Origin: a virus
Reading direction: 5' to 3' (one strand)
Length of the DNA: 40,837 nt
IMG/VR virus record: IMGVR_UViG_3300001202_000004
Coordinates: 1-40,837 of that record
The notes beneath the pieces are model-generated. The model did no database searches and was not told the origin of the DNA. It was given only the letters and a program-made list of their open reading frames with translations. Position numbers and translations under genes: made by a program. Shown here one piece after another: positions 1 through 8,052 of this stretch. The first letter of the stretch is position 1. Every line of letters starts with the position of its first letter.

Positions 1-49
1 GACTGTCCTCCCAGAGCCGTAGGAAAGGCTCCGCGAATATGAAGCATTT
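1..49. repeat. 49-bp terminal overlap identical to 40789..40837 (closure of a circular or circularly permuted contig)
   Basis: Bases 1-49 (gactgtcctcccagagccgtaggaaaggctccgcgaatatgaagcattt) are repeated exactly at 40789-40837. A single reading frame (portal) runs across the join. Confidence 0.95.
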
Positions 50-542
50 TATCTTGCGCAACTTTTCGCTGTGTCCCAGTCTCCGCGTCGTAATAGCTAT
101 ACTCTAGGCGTCCTGTAGATCTTAGCCTCCGGACTGTTACGACAGCAGGATTAACCGGGAGAAGGCTGGAGATCTCCCCTTCGCGGACGCTGGGAACTAT
201 TCGCGCGTAGGCGCTTCCGTGTAGCTCTATGGCGCTCGCCATATATTCCCAGAATTCCGGTGCTGTTAGATCGAAGTTAGGATCTGATTTTAAAATATTA
301 TACAAGTGATGATTTGTAGCGGGCTGGATCTCGCCGTTTTTCTTTGCGTTAAAGACGCCCAGTGAGAGCGTAGATATCGTCCCGGCAATCACTATCTGAC
401 TAGCCCAGACAGCGGACAAGCCTAAGACTGTCTCCGGCGTAAGAGGACGGATAAACGGATCGCGTCCGGGATAATATCCCTCCGACGTGTCTATTCTTAA
501 CTTTGTTCGTAAGTAACCAAAACCGCGAGACAAGATACTCAT
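1..542 (-). CDS. Portal protein, N-terminal part (continues at 40788 across the contig junction)
   Basis: I translated it by hand. ATG at 542..540 lies 2 nt after the terminase stop codon. The product MSILSRGFGYLRTKLRIDTSEGYYPGRDPF...KVAQDKMLHIRGAFPTALGGQS runs in frame into the 40089..40835 ORF. The joined gene is 1242 nt (413 aa). This part is absent from the ORF track because it is cut by the window edge. Confidence 0.9.
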   Translation of the reverse strand, partial: MSILSRGFGYLRTKLRIDTSEGYYPGRDPFIRPLTPETVLGLSAVWASQIVIAGTISTLSLGVFNAKKNGEIQPATNHHLYNILKSDPNFDLTAPEFWEYMASAIELHGSAYARIVPSVREGEISSLLPVNPAVVTVRRLRSTGRLEYSYYDAETGTQRKVAQDKMLHIRGAFPTALGGQ

Positions 543-544
543 AG

Positions 545-2425
545 CTAAAAACTTTCTAACCAATCTTCGACACCTCCGCCCCGCGTCGTTTCTAAAGTGA
601 TAGCCGCTCCCGTCGCCATGCACAAGGCTATAGCGGCGTCGATTTTATTGAGACTTGTTTCCTTATCGAGCCAATAGTTACCCCAGCGATCATGCGCCGG
701 GACAGCGGCGGCGATAGCAGATAATAAAACCGGGTTACTAAACAAGCGGATCCTTTGCTCTAAAATAAGCTCCTCGAGAAGCTGGACACTTTGCGGCATC
801 CATAAGCCCTTTATATCCTTCTCTGCTTTGCCCTGAGCTATGCCATATTCGATCATAGCCTCGTTAGCCTTCCCCTTTTTAATACCGCCCTGCGGGTGCT
901 CTATAACGTCGTATGACGACGCGAGAAGCCGGAGCTCGTCCTCGAAGCGCTCGAAGGCGTATCTATCGTAAGCGATAGTCTGGAGATCGTAATCCCGGAC
1001 GTCGTCCGCTACGGATTGCGCTACGTCAAAGTAAGATATTCTCTTCCCCGGTAATGCCCTGATATATCCGGCGTCATACCATTTTCTATAGGGTTTTTGA
1101 TCGCGTTGCTCTCTGGCGTCCATCGTATCGAGCGGCGTCCAGACTTCGACCCATGCGTCGAAAGTAGGTTTCTTTTTCGTTATGATCTCGCCCTCTCTAT
1201 TCCTCTTTGTGATCTGCTTAAATCCAGTAGGGACGACTATAGCTTTCGCTGTTAGATCGCGAGACTGCGATAGATCCAGACCCAGATAGGCTCGCTTCCC
1301 AGCGTGTAGATCCCGAAAGCGGAGCTCCGCTGGATTGTATTTCTTAAGAATAGGCGACAGAGACTTACGTGGCATCCACGCCTTAACAGCGTCAGTCCAT
1401 TGGCAGAAATGAAGACGGAGGATCCCGTTAAGTTTTCCCGGTTGCGTTACAGCCTGATTAACGACACCTGCTAGATAATCCTCCTCTAAGATCACACCTA
1501 GGAGCGGATTAGCTTTTATATGACAAGAAGGATCTGTAAGAGGATCGTCGCCGGGATCTAACGCGCAGACATAAGCGAAAGTCGTGTCGTCTATGATTTC
1601 ACCTAGATAGTGAGGATCCTCGTCTGTCGCGTCGACGTTACCAGCGGCGACCCGGATCGCGTGGGAATGTTCCTCCCAGCAAATAGAATTCCTATCGCTT
1701 CCGCTATTCGTAATCATTAGGAGGAGAGGGTTACGCCTAAACTTAAATCCTCGTTCTAGTTGCTCTAGGATTTTGCGAGACGTCATTTCGTGGACTTCGT
1801 CCGCTAAGGCCATATGTGGACGCGGGCCAGCTCCAGACTTAGCGAAGCCTTTAGAGACTGGGCGGAAGAAGGATCCTTTACGAAGGTAAGCGATATTTGT
1901 CTCCGATCCCTCGCTCCCGGATATGTGGACGCGGCGCGAGATCTCCGGAGATTTCCTAACCATTTTACAGGCGTCTTTAAAAAGGATCTTCGCTTGATCT
2001 AAGTTAGAGGCCGCGCTGTAGATCTCCGCTCCCGGCTCGTTATCAGACATTAATCCATAGAGGCCAATGGCGGCGGCTAGCGGGCTCTTCCCGTTGCCCT
2101 TTCCTATCTCAATAAACGCGCGGCGGAAGCGGCGGCGTCCGTTAGGTTTAAAAAATCCAAAGATATTCATTACTATAAATTTCTGGACAGGCTCTAATTT
2201 AAACGATTGCTTGTCGAATTGTCCTTCGCTTAAGCGGAGCTCGCTCTCGATAAACCGGACAGCGCGGAGAGCCTTCGTTAGATCGAAAGTAATATCCTTC
2301 CGCTTTAGATCCGCGAGGAAGCGGCGAGCCGCGTTCCTTACATGCGGGCCAGCGACGACGACGCCTTTCATCACGTCCCGCGCATAGAGCCTTGCGAAGT
2401 TGATCTCTTTTTTCTTCTTAGCCAT
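545..2425 (-). CDS. terL: Terminase large subunit
   Basis: 626 aa. P-loop-like IGKGNGKSPLAA and Walker B-like ALADEVHE are followed by a C-terminal nuclease-like region. It sits between the small terminase and the portal. Confidence 0.9.
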   Translation of the reverse strand: MAKKKKEINFARLYARDVMKGVVVAGPHVRNAARRFLADLKRKDITFDLTKALRAVRFIESELRLSEGQFDKQSFKLEPVQKFIVMNIFGFFKPNGRRRFRRAFIEIGKGNGKSPLAAAIGLYGLMSDNEPGAEIYSAASNLDQAKILFKDACKMVRKSPEISRRVHISGSEGSETNIAYLRKGSFFRPVSKGFAKSGAGPRPHMALADEVHEMTSRKILEQLERGFKFRRNPLLLMITNSGSDRNSICWEEHSHAIRVAAGNVDATDEDPHYLGEIIDDTTFAYVCALDPGDDPLTDPSCHIKANPLLGVILEEDYLAGVVNQAVTQPGKLNGILRLHFCQWTDAVKAWMPRKSLSPILKKYNPAELRFRDLHAGKRAYLGLDLSQSRDLTAKAIVVPTGFKQITKRNREGEIITKKKPTFDAWVEVWTPLDTMDAREQRDQKPYRKWYDAGYIRALPGKRISYFDVAQSVADDVRDYDLQTIAYDRYAFERFEDELRLLASSYDVIEHPQGGIKKGKANEAMIEYGIAQGKAEKDIKGLWMPQSVQLLEELILEQRIRLFSNPVLLSAIAAAVPAHDRWGNYWLDKETSLNKIDAAIALCMATGAAITLETTRGGGVEDWLESF

Positions 2426-2900
2426 AGAATTCGCTTTGATCCTCTTCGTCGTCGACGAGAGGGCTTGCTTCTATTCGTGTTCTGGCGCTAGGCGTCATTC
2501 CAAACTCCGCCGCGTATTTTATCATGTCCTTCATGGCTGTATTTGCGAGCCCGACAAGAGGATTTTGGATTAAGTTTCCGTTTGTCGTCTCTGTCACAAG
2601 GCCGCCGTGAATAGACTTTTTAGAGCGAGCCAGCTTATTTAACTCCTCCTCTGCCTTCCTCCAGCGAGCATAACATTGACAGTAAGCGGCCAAGGCGGCG
2701 CGATCCACGCCAGACAATAAACCTAGATTAAAGAGCTCCCTACAAACTCGCTTCCACTCTGTTTTCCCATAAGACGCAAGGTGAGCGGGAGCCGTCGGAA
2801 TACGGATCTTAGGTTTAGGCTCGTTCTTTGGAAGAGCGCGCTTTCCGGGATTTCCTTTAACGAGTTTTAAGGACGTAGGTTCTTTTTTTGGGCCGGGCAT
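2418..2900 (-). CDS. terS: Terminase small subunit, P27 family-like
   Basis: 160 aa. The N-terminus MPGPKKEPTSLKLVKGNPGKRALPKNEPKP and the CQCYARW segment are typical of P27-type small terminases. It overlaps terL by 8 nt. Confidence 0.8.
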   Translation of the reverse strand: MPGPKKEPTSLKLVKGNPGKRALPKNEPKPKIRIPTAPAHLASYGKTEWKRVCRELFNLGLLSGVDRAALAAYCQCYARWRKAEEELNKLARSKKSIHGGLVTETTNGNLIQNPLVGLANTAMKDMIKYAAEFGMTPSARTRIEASPLVDDEEDQSEFYG

Positions 2901-3082
2901 ATCTGCCTTTAACGCGCTTCTCTGAAAAAATCGACCCCCCCTATGCTATCTTGCGGCGAGATTTTTTTTCGGGAGCCACCGCTAGAACGTCGAAGACGTA
3001 TAGAGTTTAACCCTCCCCCCTCCCCTTTATGTCCCGTCTATGCTACAGAATAAAAATAATTTAAACGCGGGAGCGCTGTCTT
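2901..3082. promoter_or_regulatory. Divergent intergenic region upstream of terS; candidate packaging (cos/pac) site and late promoter region
   Basis: 182-bp non-coding gap. It contains a C7 run (2935-2941), a C/T run (3011-3029), two CTATGCTA copies (2941-2948 and 3038-3045) and an A/T-only inverted repeat gaaaaaatc...gattttttt flanking the first copy. Confidence 0.35.
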
Positions 3083-3460
3083 ATGGCCTACGGGAAGCTT
3101 ATCAATGGAGAGGATTACGTCTCTCTTAAGGCCTATAATAGAGGAGGGAGAGAGTTGTTCTATGTCTTAAAGGAGATAGATCTGGGCGAGGATAGGATAG
3201 TCGAGGAGGGTTTTGTAACAGATTTCGGCTCTATCCCACGGATCGCAGACAAACTGTTAGGAATAAATACGCGCGAAGGAAGCCTCTCCTATCTTACCCA
3301 TGATTACAACTATAGACGCCATAACAAGAGCCGGGCTCGCGCAGATCTGGAGCTTCGTTTAGATCAAAAGAGAGAGGGAGTAGGGGCGGCGGAGAGAGCC
3401 GTCGTCTTCTGGAGCTTAAGGCTCTTTGGTTTCCCGGCTTATAATCAATGGAAAAATTGA
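3083..3460 (+). CDS. DUF1353-like protein; lone plus-strand gene
   Basis: 125 aa with GFVTDFGSIPR...LTHDYNY, matching the G-x-x-T-D-G-x-S-I-P ... HD motif pattern of DUF1353. It is convergent with the early operon. Confidence 0.6.
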   Translation: MAYGKLINGEDYVSLKAYNRGGRELFYVLKEIDLGEDRIVEEGFVTDFGSIPRIADKLLGINTREGSLSYLTHDYNYRRHNKSRARADLELRLDQKREGVGAAERAVVFWSLRLFGFPAYNQWKN

Positions 3461-3486
3461 GAGCCTTCCACTCTCCCGGATATGGG

Positions 3487-3520
3487 GACTATAAAACCTT
3501 AGCCTTATAGTCTTGATTAT
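3487..3520 (+). terminator. Possible terminator hairpin after the DUF1353-like gene
   Basis: gactataa (3487-3494) and ttatagtc (3505-3512) form an 8-bp stem with a 10-nt loop, followed by ttgattat. The stem is AT-rich and the U tract is imperfect. Confidence 0.3.
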
Positions 3521-3610
3521 AGCGGGCTCCATATCTTCCCTTGGTATATGTTGCGAGGCTTGCACTCGCTCCGCTCTCGCCGTCCGACACTAACGAGAGC
3601 TCTGATTAGA

Positions 3611-4210
3611 TTAGCTCTCTATCTTGTCAATAGCGAATTCACGTAACGAGACAGGAAAGCGCTCTTGTAGATAGGCGTCCGCTTGCTCCTTAGTAGTAAA
3701 GGATAAAGCCTCCTCTTTATCTGTTGTTAACGGAGCGCTCGCTCCGGCTTCGCTGAGATATTGTTTAGGCTCCGAAGACTTCTTACGGATATAGAATTTA
3801 TAGGATCCCGTCTTAGTCTTTAACGTACCTTGTCGGATAGCCTCATTCTTAAGACGATCCTCTTCCGGGAAGGGAGTAGGTTTAACTATATTGCTCTTAA
3901 GGGACTGGACTGTCGCTCCAGCCATATTCTCTATATAGACAGCCTCCGCTCTAAAGACATTATCGAAAAACTCCTCGTCCGGAGCGGCTTTTATCTCTCC
4001 TTCCTTAACCCATTCCCTAGGAGGGTTAACAGTGCCAACTAGGAAGATTATAGGCGAAGCATGTGGAGCCGCGTTAACGTCTTCGAATTGTACTCTATAA
4101 CCACCGTTAGCGCTGTTAGTGATATAAGGTTTCGTCGTGTAATGGAGAGTTGTAACGGTATCTAGACCGTCTGTTTTTTGAACGGCCTTAACCGTGAATA
4201 AATGCGACAT
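3611..4210 (-). CDS. Hypothetical protein (last gene of the early operon)
   Basis: 199-aa ORF with the upstream RBS aggagcgattt before the ATG. No motif recognised. Confidence 0.6.
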   Translation of the reverse strand: MSHLFTVKAVQKTDGLDTVTTLHYTTKPYITNSANGGYRVQFEDVNAAPHASPIIFLVGTVNPPREWVKEGEIKAAPDEEFFDNVFRAEAVYIENMAGATVQSLKSNIVKPTPFPEEDRLKNEAIRQGTLKTKTGSYKFYIRKKSSEPKQYLSEAGASAPLTTDKEEALSFTTKEQADAYLQERFPVSLREFAIDKIES

Positions 4211-4298
4211 AAATCGCTCCTGTTTTAGTAGTTGTTGTAAACGCCTTACGGCGGCGCGGATCGCTCCTCACAACAGCTAGATAATACAGAATTTAATT

Positions 4299-4541
4299 TT
4301 ATTCAATCCCCTGATACACCGCTTGAAGAGTAACTATAATCTGTTTACACATCTCGACGGCCTGAGCGATAGGTATAGTAACCCATTCGCGAGCTTTATT
4401 AGGCCAGTTTACCTCTTGCAATTCATTTTGTTGTGCGAATAAAACGAGGAGCATAAAGGTATGAGCTGTGCTCTCGTTAAACCAGAAGTCCCCAAAAACT
4501 CGCCCATCTTGAAGGAGGGCGTCTCTGTTTATTGTGTCCAT
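4299..4541 (-). CDS. Hypothetical protein
   Basis: 80-aa ORF whose start abuts the stop of the upstream gene, consistent with coupling. Confidence 0.5.
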   Translation of the reverse strand: MDTINRDALLQDGRVFGDFWFNESTAHTFMLLVLFAQQNELQEVNWPNKAREWVTIPIAQAVEMCKQIIVTLQAVYQGIE

Positions 4542-5026
4542 TATAGTTTCCTTACGATTAGACTAGATGTGCTGGGCATCCCATTTGCGGATCTATCGTT
4601 AAGATAAATGGCTCTTGAAACACCAGCCCAGCGACCTATGACGCCGATCTTTATCGTATGTGTTCCTGCTGGTAGCTCTTCTGTGACTGTCTGATAAGGG
4701 ACAGGCTGCATAAAGTTGACCCCACCATTACCAAACTGCACTTGAAACGTGTCTTCGTGACAAGTATTAGTCCCTGTCCCTCGATTAGCGGGCTCGTCGT
4801 CTATATATAAAGCTAGTCCCATTACATGCTGAAAGGCTCCGTTAAGAACGCCCTCAATTAACAGCTTCGAGGGAGTGTCTAATTCTATCTCCGCAGTTAG
4901 TACTACAACAGGATCCGGAGAGTTAATCGTCTGTTTCGCCGCTGAGTTGATAACAGCGGTGCTCTTGGCACCAGTGACTGAAGGCGCAGACGACGTGCCG
5001 GAAGAGGATCTTCTAGCGCCCGGCAT
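4541..5026 (-). CDS. Hypothetical protein; Ser/Thr-rich N-terminus and beta-rich C-terminal domain
   Basis: 161 aa. The low-complexity N-terminus is followed by LLIEGVLNG...LPAGTHTIKIGV...SSLIVRKL, which resembles jelly-roll or knob-type domains. The resemblance is weak. Confidence 0.5.
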   Translation of the reverse strand: MPGARRSSSGTSSAPSVTGAKSTAVINSAAKQTINSPDPVVVLTAEIELDTPSKLLIEGVLNGAFQHVMGLALYIDDEPANRGTGTNTCHEDTFQVQFGNGGVNFMQPVPYQTVTEELPAGTHTIKIGVIGRWAGVSRAIYLNDRSANGMPSTSSLIVRKL

Positions 5027-5289
5027 TAGACAGCGCTCCAGATCGTGACAGATCGCCCTATTAGAAAAACCGGATCCGAACCTATAACATGTTCATACGG
5101 AGGCCAATGCGTCCCGGATGGGAAGCGAACCCCTGTATCATTACTCTCTGGAGCGGTTTCGCCCTCGTATAAACAAGCGTCGTGTTTTTGATCTATGTTC
5201 TGGATCATTACATGGTCACCGGTCTGATGCCCTAGCGCCTGAAAGTCGACTGGACGCCATACTAAATCATTTTCGCGGATTGTTTGCAT
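5026..5289 (-). CDS. Hypothetical protein
   Basis: 87-aa ORF with RBS aagggac upstream. It follows a 69-bp AT-rich gap. Confidence 0.5.
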   Translation of the reverse strand: MQTIRENDLVWRPVDFQALGHQTGDHVMIQNIDQKHDACLYEGETAPESNDTGVRFPSGTHWPPYEHVIGSDPVFLIGRSVTIWSAV

Positions 5290-5315
5290 AAGATTTGTCC
5301 CTTTATCTATTTTCG

Positions 5316-5344
5316 CCTATATAGCGATTTATATTACGTGTCTA
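5316..5344 (-). promoter_or_regulatory. Possible internal promoter ahead of the ORFan block 5289..3611
   Basis: On the minus strand the sequence reads TAGACA-N17-TATAGG (or N15-TATATA), inside the only sizeable gap in this part of the operon. Confidence 0.25.
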
Positions 5345-5358
5345 TTTTTTAATCTTGG

Positions 5359-5745
5359 TTAAAACTTTGTAGAGTGCTTGTCGAAGCGAGCGTTATACTC
5401 TTCCAGCGTCTCGACTGTGTCGTCGTATGTTATCAGTCGATCCATACCGTTATCCAGAGCGTCCCGGAGAGAGAGCTCTCCGTCGTTAGCCTTAAGGATC
5501 GAGACGAAGGCTTTACGGAAGATTTGATCTAGATTTAAGAATATTAAGTGTCCGTCTCTCTTCCCGCGTTCATGCAAGACAAGGGAGCCGTGAAAATGCT
5601 CCACTATACATTGCCTATGTTCTGCGCATCCTACTACGCGGACGTGTGTCCCTTCGTCGTTATGTTGCGTCTCTGGAAGAGCTGGATCCTGTTTTATCAT
5701 GGTAACGGGTAGCTCGATCATTTTAAACTCTATATCGCCGCTCAT
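5359..5745 (-). CDS. Hypothetical protein; translationally coupled partner of the DUF2384-like gene
   Basis: 128 aa. Its ATG overlaps the upstream stop (ATGA at 5742-5745). No recognisable catalytic motif. Confidence 0.55.
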   Translation of the reverse strand: MSGDIEFKMIELPVTMIKQDPALPETQHNDEGTHVRVVGCAEHRQCIVEHFHGSLVLHERGKRDGHLIFLNLDQIFRKAFVSILKANDGELSLRDALDNGMDRLITYDDTVETLEEYNARFDKHSTKF

Positions 5746-5993
5746 TCTTCTTTGTACCCGTCTTTATCTAGAATATCATTGTTCGCTATGTCGTCAGATC
5801 CCAAAAGTTTTATAACGTGCCTTTTTACCTCGTTAAACCGTCCGCGACTAATCATAAGGCTGGGACTTATGCCATTAAATGCGCTATTTCTCCTCTGGAA
5901 CCATTGTAGTATAAACCACTTATCGAAAGTCGTTCGCTTCTCGATAAACAGCATTAGACCGAAAGCCTGATTTACTCTATTTATCTCGTCCAT
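5742..5993 (-). CDS. Small protein with an Xre/MbcA/ParS-type antitoxin toxin-binding (DUF2384)-like segment
   Basis: 83 aa. WFQRRNSAFNGISPSLMISRGRFNEVKRHVIKLL fits the DUF2384 pattern W-l..pn.alggrsP..l..t..G...V...L. No HTH domain is attached. Confidence 0.45.
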   Translation of the reverse strand: MDEINRVNQAFGLMLFIEKRTTFDKWFILQWFQRRNSAFNGISPSLMISRGRFNEVKRHVIKLLGSDDIANNDILDKDGYKEE

Positions 5994-5997
5994 AATA

Positions 5998-6339
5998 TTA
6001 AACCCTTAACCCTACCTTTTTCATTAACTTCTCCTTTTTACGGCGGAGGATCCGTCTATGATATCGCAATCCTTTTAAGATATTAAAATGGAGCCACTCA
6101 CAAGGAACACGATATCCTCCGGCTATGTCATTATGCACAAACTTGTGACAGTCGTTACAGATACAAGCTCCATTCTCTACAACGAAGCGGAGCTCTGGAT
6201 AGGTGTTAGCGCATTGAATATGATGAGCGTGGAGCTCTTTGGTATTATCACAAATAACGCATATTCGCCCGGCGAGGAGAATAACGGCGAGCCTCCAGAT
6301 CCTATATAGTTTAGATTGTCTCCAGTTATCATCACTCAT
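5998..6339 (-). CDS. HNH endonuclease
   Basis: 113 aa with CVICDNTKELHAHHIQ...NGACICNDCHKFVHN, a CxxC...HH...N...CxxCH HNH zinc-finger arrangement. Confidence 0.8.
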   Translation of the reverse strand: MSDDNWRQSKLYRIWRLAVILLAGRICVICDNTKELHAHHIQCANTYPELRFVVENGACICNDCHKFVHNDIAGGYRVPCEWLHFNILKGLRYHRRILRRKKEKLMKKVGLRV

Positions 6340-6340
6340 A

Positions 6341-6619
6341 TTAGTAAATCTTTCCTCTACCCTCTATGATCGCTTGTATCTTACGCCGGGCGGCTTTATT
6401 TAAGCCATTAACGGCCTTTTTAGCCGCTGTTTCTACGCCGCCTCTGGGCGTCCCGTCTACAGTCGTCTTTATGTCGATCCCGTAGACCTTCACGCGGACA
6501 ATGTCATGTTTAGACCGTCCACGCTCGACATATTCCAGATAGACCCTATTGTCTGGATCCTCCGCGCACCATGCCCGGACGGCGGCTTCTATTGCGCGTT
6601 TATTTTTGGATCGAGACAT
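6341..6619 (-). CDS. Hypothetical basic protein
   Basis: 92-aa ORF tightly packed between neighbouring genes. Confidence 0.5.
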   Translation of the reverse strand: MSRSKNKRAIEAAVRAWCAEDPDNRVYLEYVERGRSKHDIVRVKVYGIDIKTTVDGTPRGGVETAAKKAVNGLNKAARRKIQAIIEGRGKIY

Positions 6620-6635
6620 AACAGGAGCGTCTCTA

Positions 6636-7544
6636 CTACTTTTTTACCCTCTTGGCGAGTAATTCCTCTGGGAGCTCCGATTTGTAACCCCATGCCTCAA
6701 ACCATTCTACAATAATATTTTTTTGATTTTCCTCCTCTTTTAGACGATATGCGTCCTCCGATACTCTTTTAAAGAGCGTCTCTGGAGCTGCTTTAATAAG
6801 CTTGACTTCTTTAGGTTTTAACACTCTCTCCCAGTGTTTAAGAGCGGCGGGCGTTTGGCACGTTGTTAAAAACCAAGCGTTGTATTTTGAGTTAGACGGC
6901 CTATTAGATAAGGAGTTTAGTATATCGTTTCTATGGCGTAACGCTTTCCTTATCTGTGACCAATCCCCGCCGCGCTCCTGTCCAAATAAACGAGATTTTA
7001 TTCTCTCCATATCAATGATAATGTCATTTTCTGATTTATGTTTATTGCAGTAAGTCGTCTTCCCGGAGGCCGCTGGGCCATATAAAATAGTTAAATGAAT
7101 AGCGCTAGGCCTTAGCTCTGGAAAGAACAACTCTTTAGGCGGGGCAAGCTCGATAACTTCCTCCTCGATAGGCCAGCCGTCGTCGTCAAAACGCATCTTC
7201 CGACGTCCTGTTTTTTCGAATGACTGTTGATCCCTGTCATGGTGTAGTTTGCAAAGGCTATCGAGGTTATTTGGATCGACGAATAGATCCCAATCCCCCT
7301 TATGAGCGACGGTATGATTAGCTACTGTAGCGGCGACGACATAACCTTCCGCCTTGCACATATGGCAGAGAGGCTCCTTCTGTAGCTGGCGCTTACGGAG
7401 CCGCTTCCAGATCCCTAATCCGTACCATTTAATATACACACTACGATCAACCATTAGCGGCGGCGCGTATGGCGGAGGATCATAGGGATAGATATTATAA
7501 AAGCCGCTGTCCCGGCGTTTAGAGAGAGAGCTGTTAACCACCAT
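6636..7544 (-). CDS. HNH endonuclease fused to a P-loop kinase/ATPase-like domain
   Basis: 302 aa. The N-terminal half has CHMCKAEG...ANHTVAHKGDWDLFVDPNNLDSLCKLHHD (HNH). The C-terminal half has the Walker A motif ILYGPAASGKTT followed by IIIDMERI, resembling AAA_33 or polynucleotide-kinase-type folds. Confidence 0.7.
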   Translation of the reverse strand: MVVNSSLSKRRDSGFYNIYPYDPPPYAPPLMVDRSVYIKWYGLGIWKRLRKRQLQKEPLCHMCKAEGYVVAATVANHTVAHKGDWDLFVDPNNLDSLCKLHHDRDQQSFEKTGRRKMRFDDDGWPIEEEVIELAPPKELFFPELRPSAIHLTILYGPAASGKTTYCNKHKSENDIIIDMERIKSRLFGQERGGDWSQIRKALRHRNDILNSLSNRPSNSKYNAWFLTTCQTPAALKHWERVLKPKEVKLIKAAPETLFKRVSEDAYRLKEEENQKNIIVEWFEAWGYKSELPEELLAKRVKK

Positions 7545-7554
7545 ACGAGATAGC

Positions 7555-7827
7555 TCATTTACCGAAGGCCTTATGTAGCTCGTCGGAGTGTTGGACGAGC
7601 ATTATATTAAACGTATTTAGAGACATACTCAAAGCTAAGTTAAAATCCTTATTCGAGAAGGCCGCTACTGCGCGAGCGTGCTCTAGCATTAGCTCCGCTA
7701 TCGCATTACATAAACCGGGCATTACTTTCTCTACGTCGCCGTCGGAGCGTGCTTTTAACGCTGTTATATATTTACGGATCTCGTCGTCCTCGATCTTAGC
7801 GTAATCGTCTAATTCTTTACCCTTCAT
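7555..7827 (-). CDS. Hypothetical protein
   Basis: 90-aa ORF with RBS aggagaaaatc before the ATG. Confidence 0.5.
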   Translation of the reverse strand: MKGKELDDYAKIEDDEIRKYITALKARSDGDVEKVMPGLCNAIAELMLEHARAVAAFSNKDFNLALSMSLNTFNIMLVQHSDELHKAFGK

Positions 7828-7842
7828 GATTTTCTCCTCTTG

Positions 7843-8052
7843 CTATGGCTCTAGCCCGGCGGCGACGTGGATCGCGTGTTTTTGTATTCTTTGCCAAAGA
7901 GCGTTAGATAAACTCCATTGACCTTTTTTCTCCGCCTTTCTTACAAGGCGCTTTAATTTAATAGGGACTGACGCCCAATGATATTTGCAAAACCAAAACA
8001 AGTAATTTTCCCGTGTGGAGCCTTCGCAAAATAATACTTCGCATCTTTTCAT
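7843..8052 (-). CDS. Hypothetical Cys-rich small protein
   Basis: 69 aa with CEVLFCEG...FCKYHW, a possible zinc-binding motif. It overlaps the upstream stop. Confidence 0.45.
   Translation of the reverse strand: MKRCEVLFCEGSTRENYLFWFCKYHWASVPIKLKRLVRKAEKKGQWSLSNALWQRIQKHAIHVAAGLEP

Noticed and set aside
1-49. The terminal 49-bp repeats considered as att sites, long terminal repeats or transposon ends
   Set aside because: They are exact copies located precisely at the two window ends, and a single gene reads through the join. No integrase or transposase is present. The pattern fits assembly closure of a circular molecule.
1814-2387. Plus-strand ORFs 1814..2002 and 2067..2387 inside terL
   Set aside because: They are antisense to a confidently identified terminase gene. 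They encode Arg/Ser-rich low-complexity products. They are shadow ORFs.
3011-3027. G-quadruplex potential of GGGGAGGGGGGAGGG on the minus strand
   Set aside because: There are only three separated G runs. A four-run G4 would need zero-length loops. It is kept only as part of the candidate packaging region.
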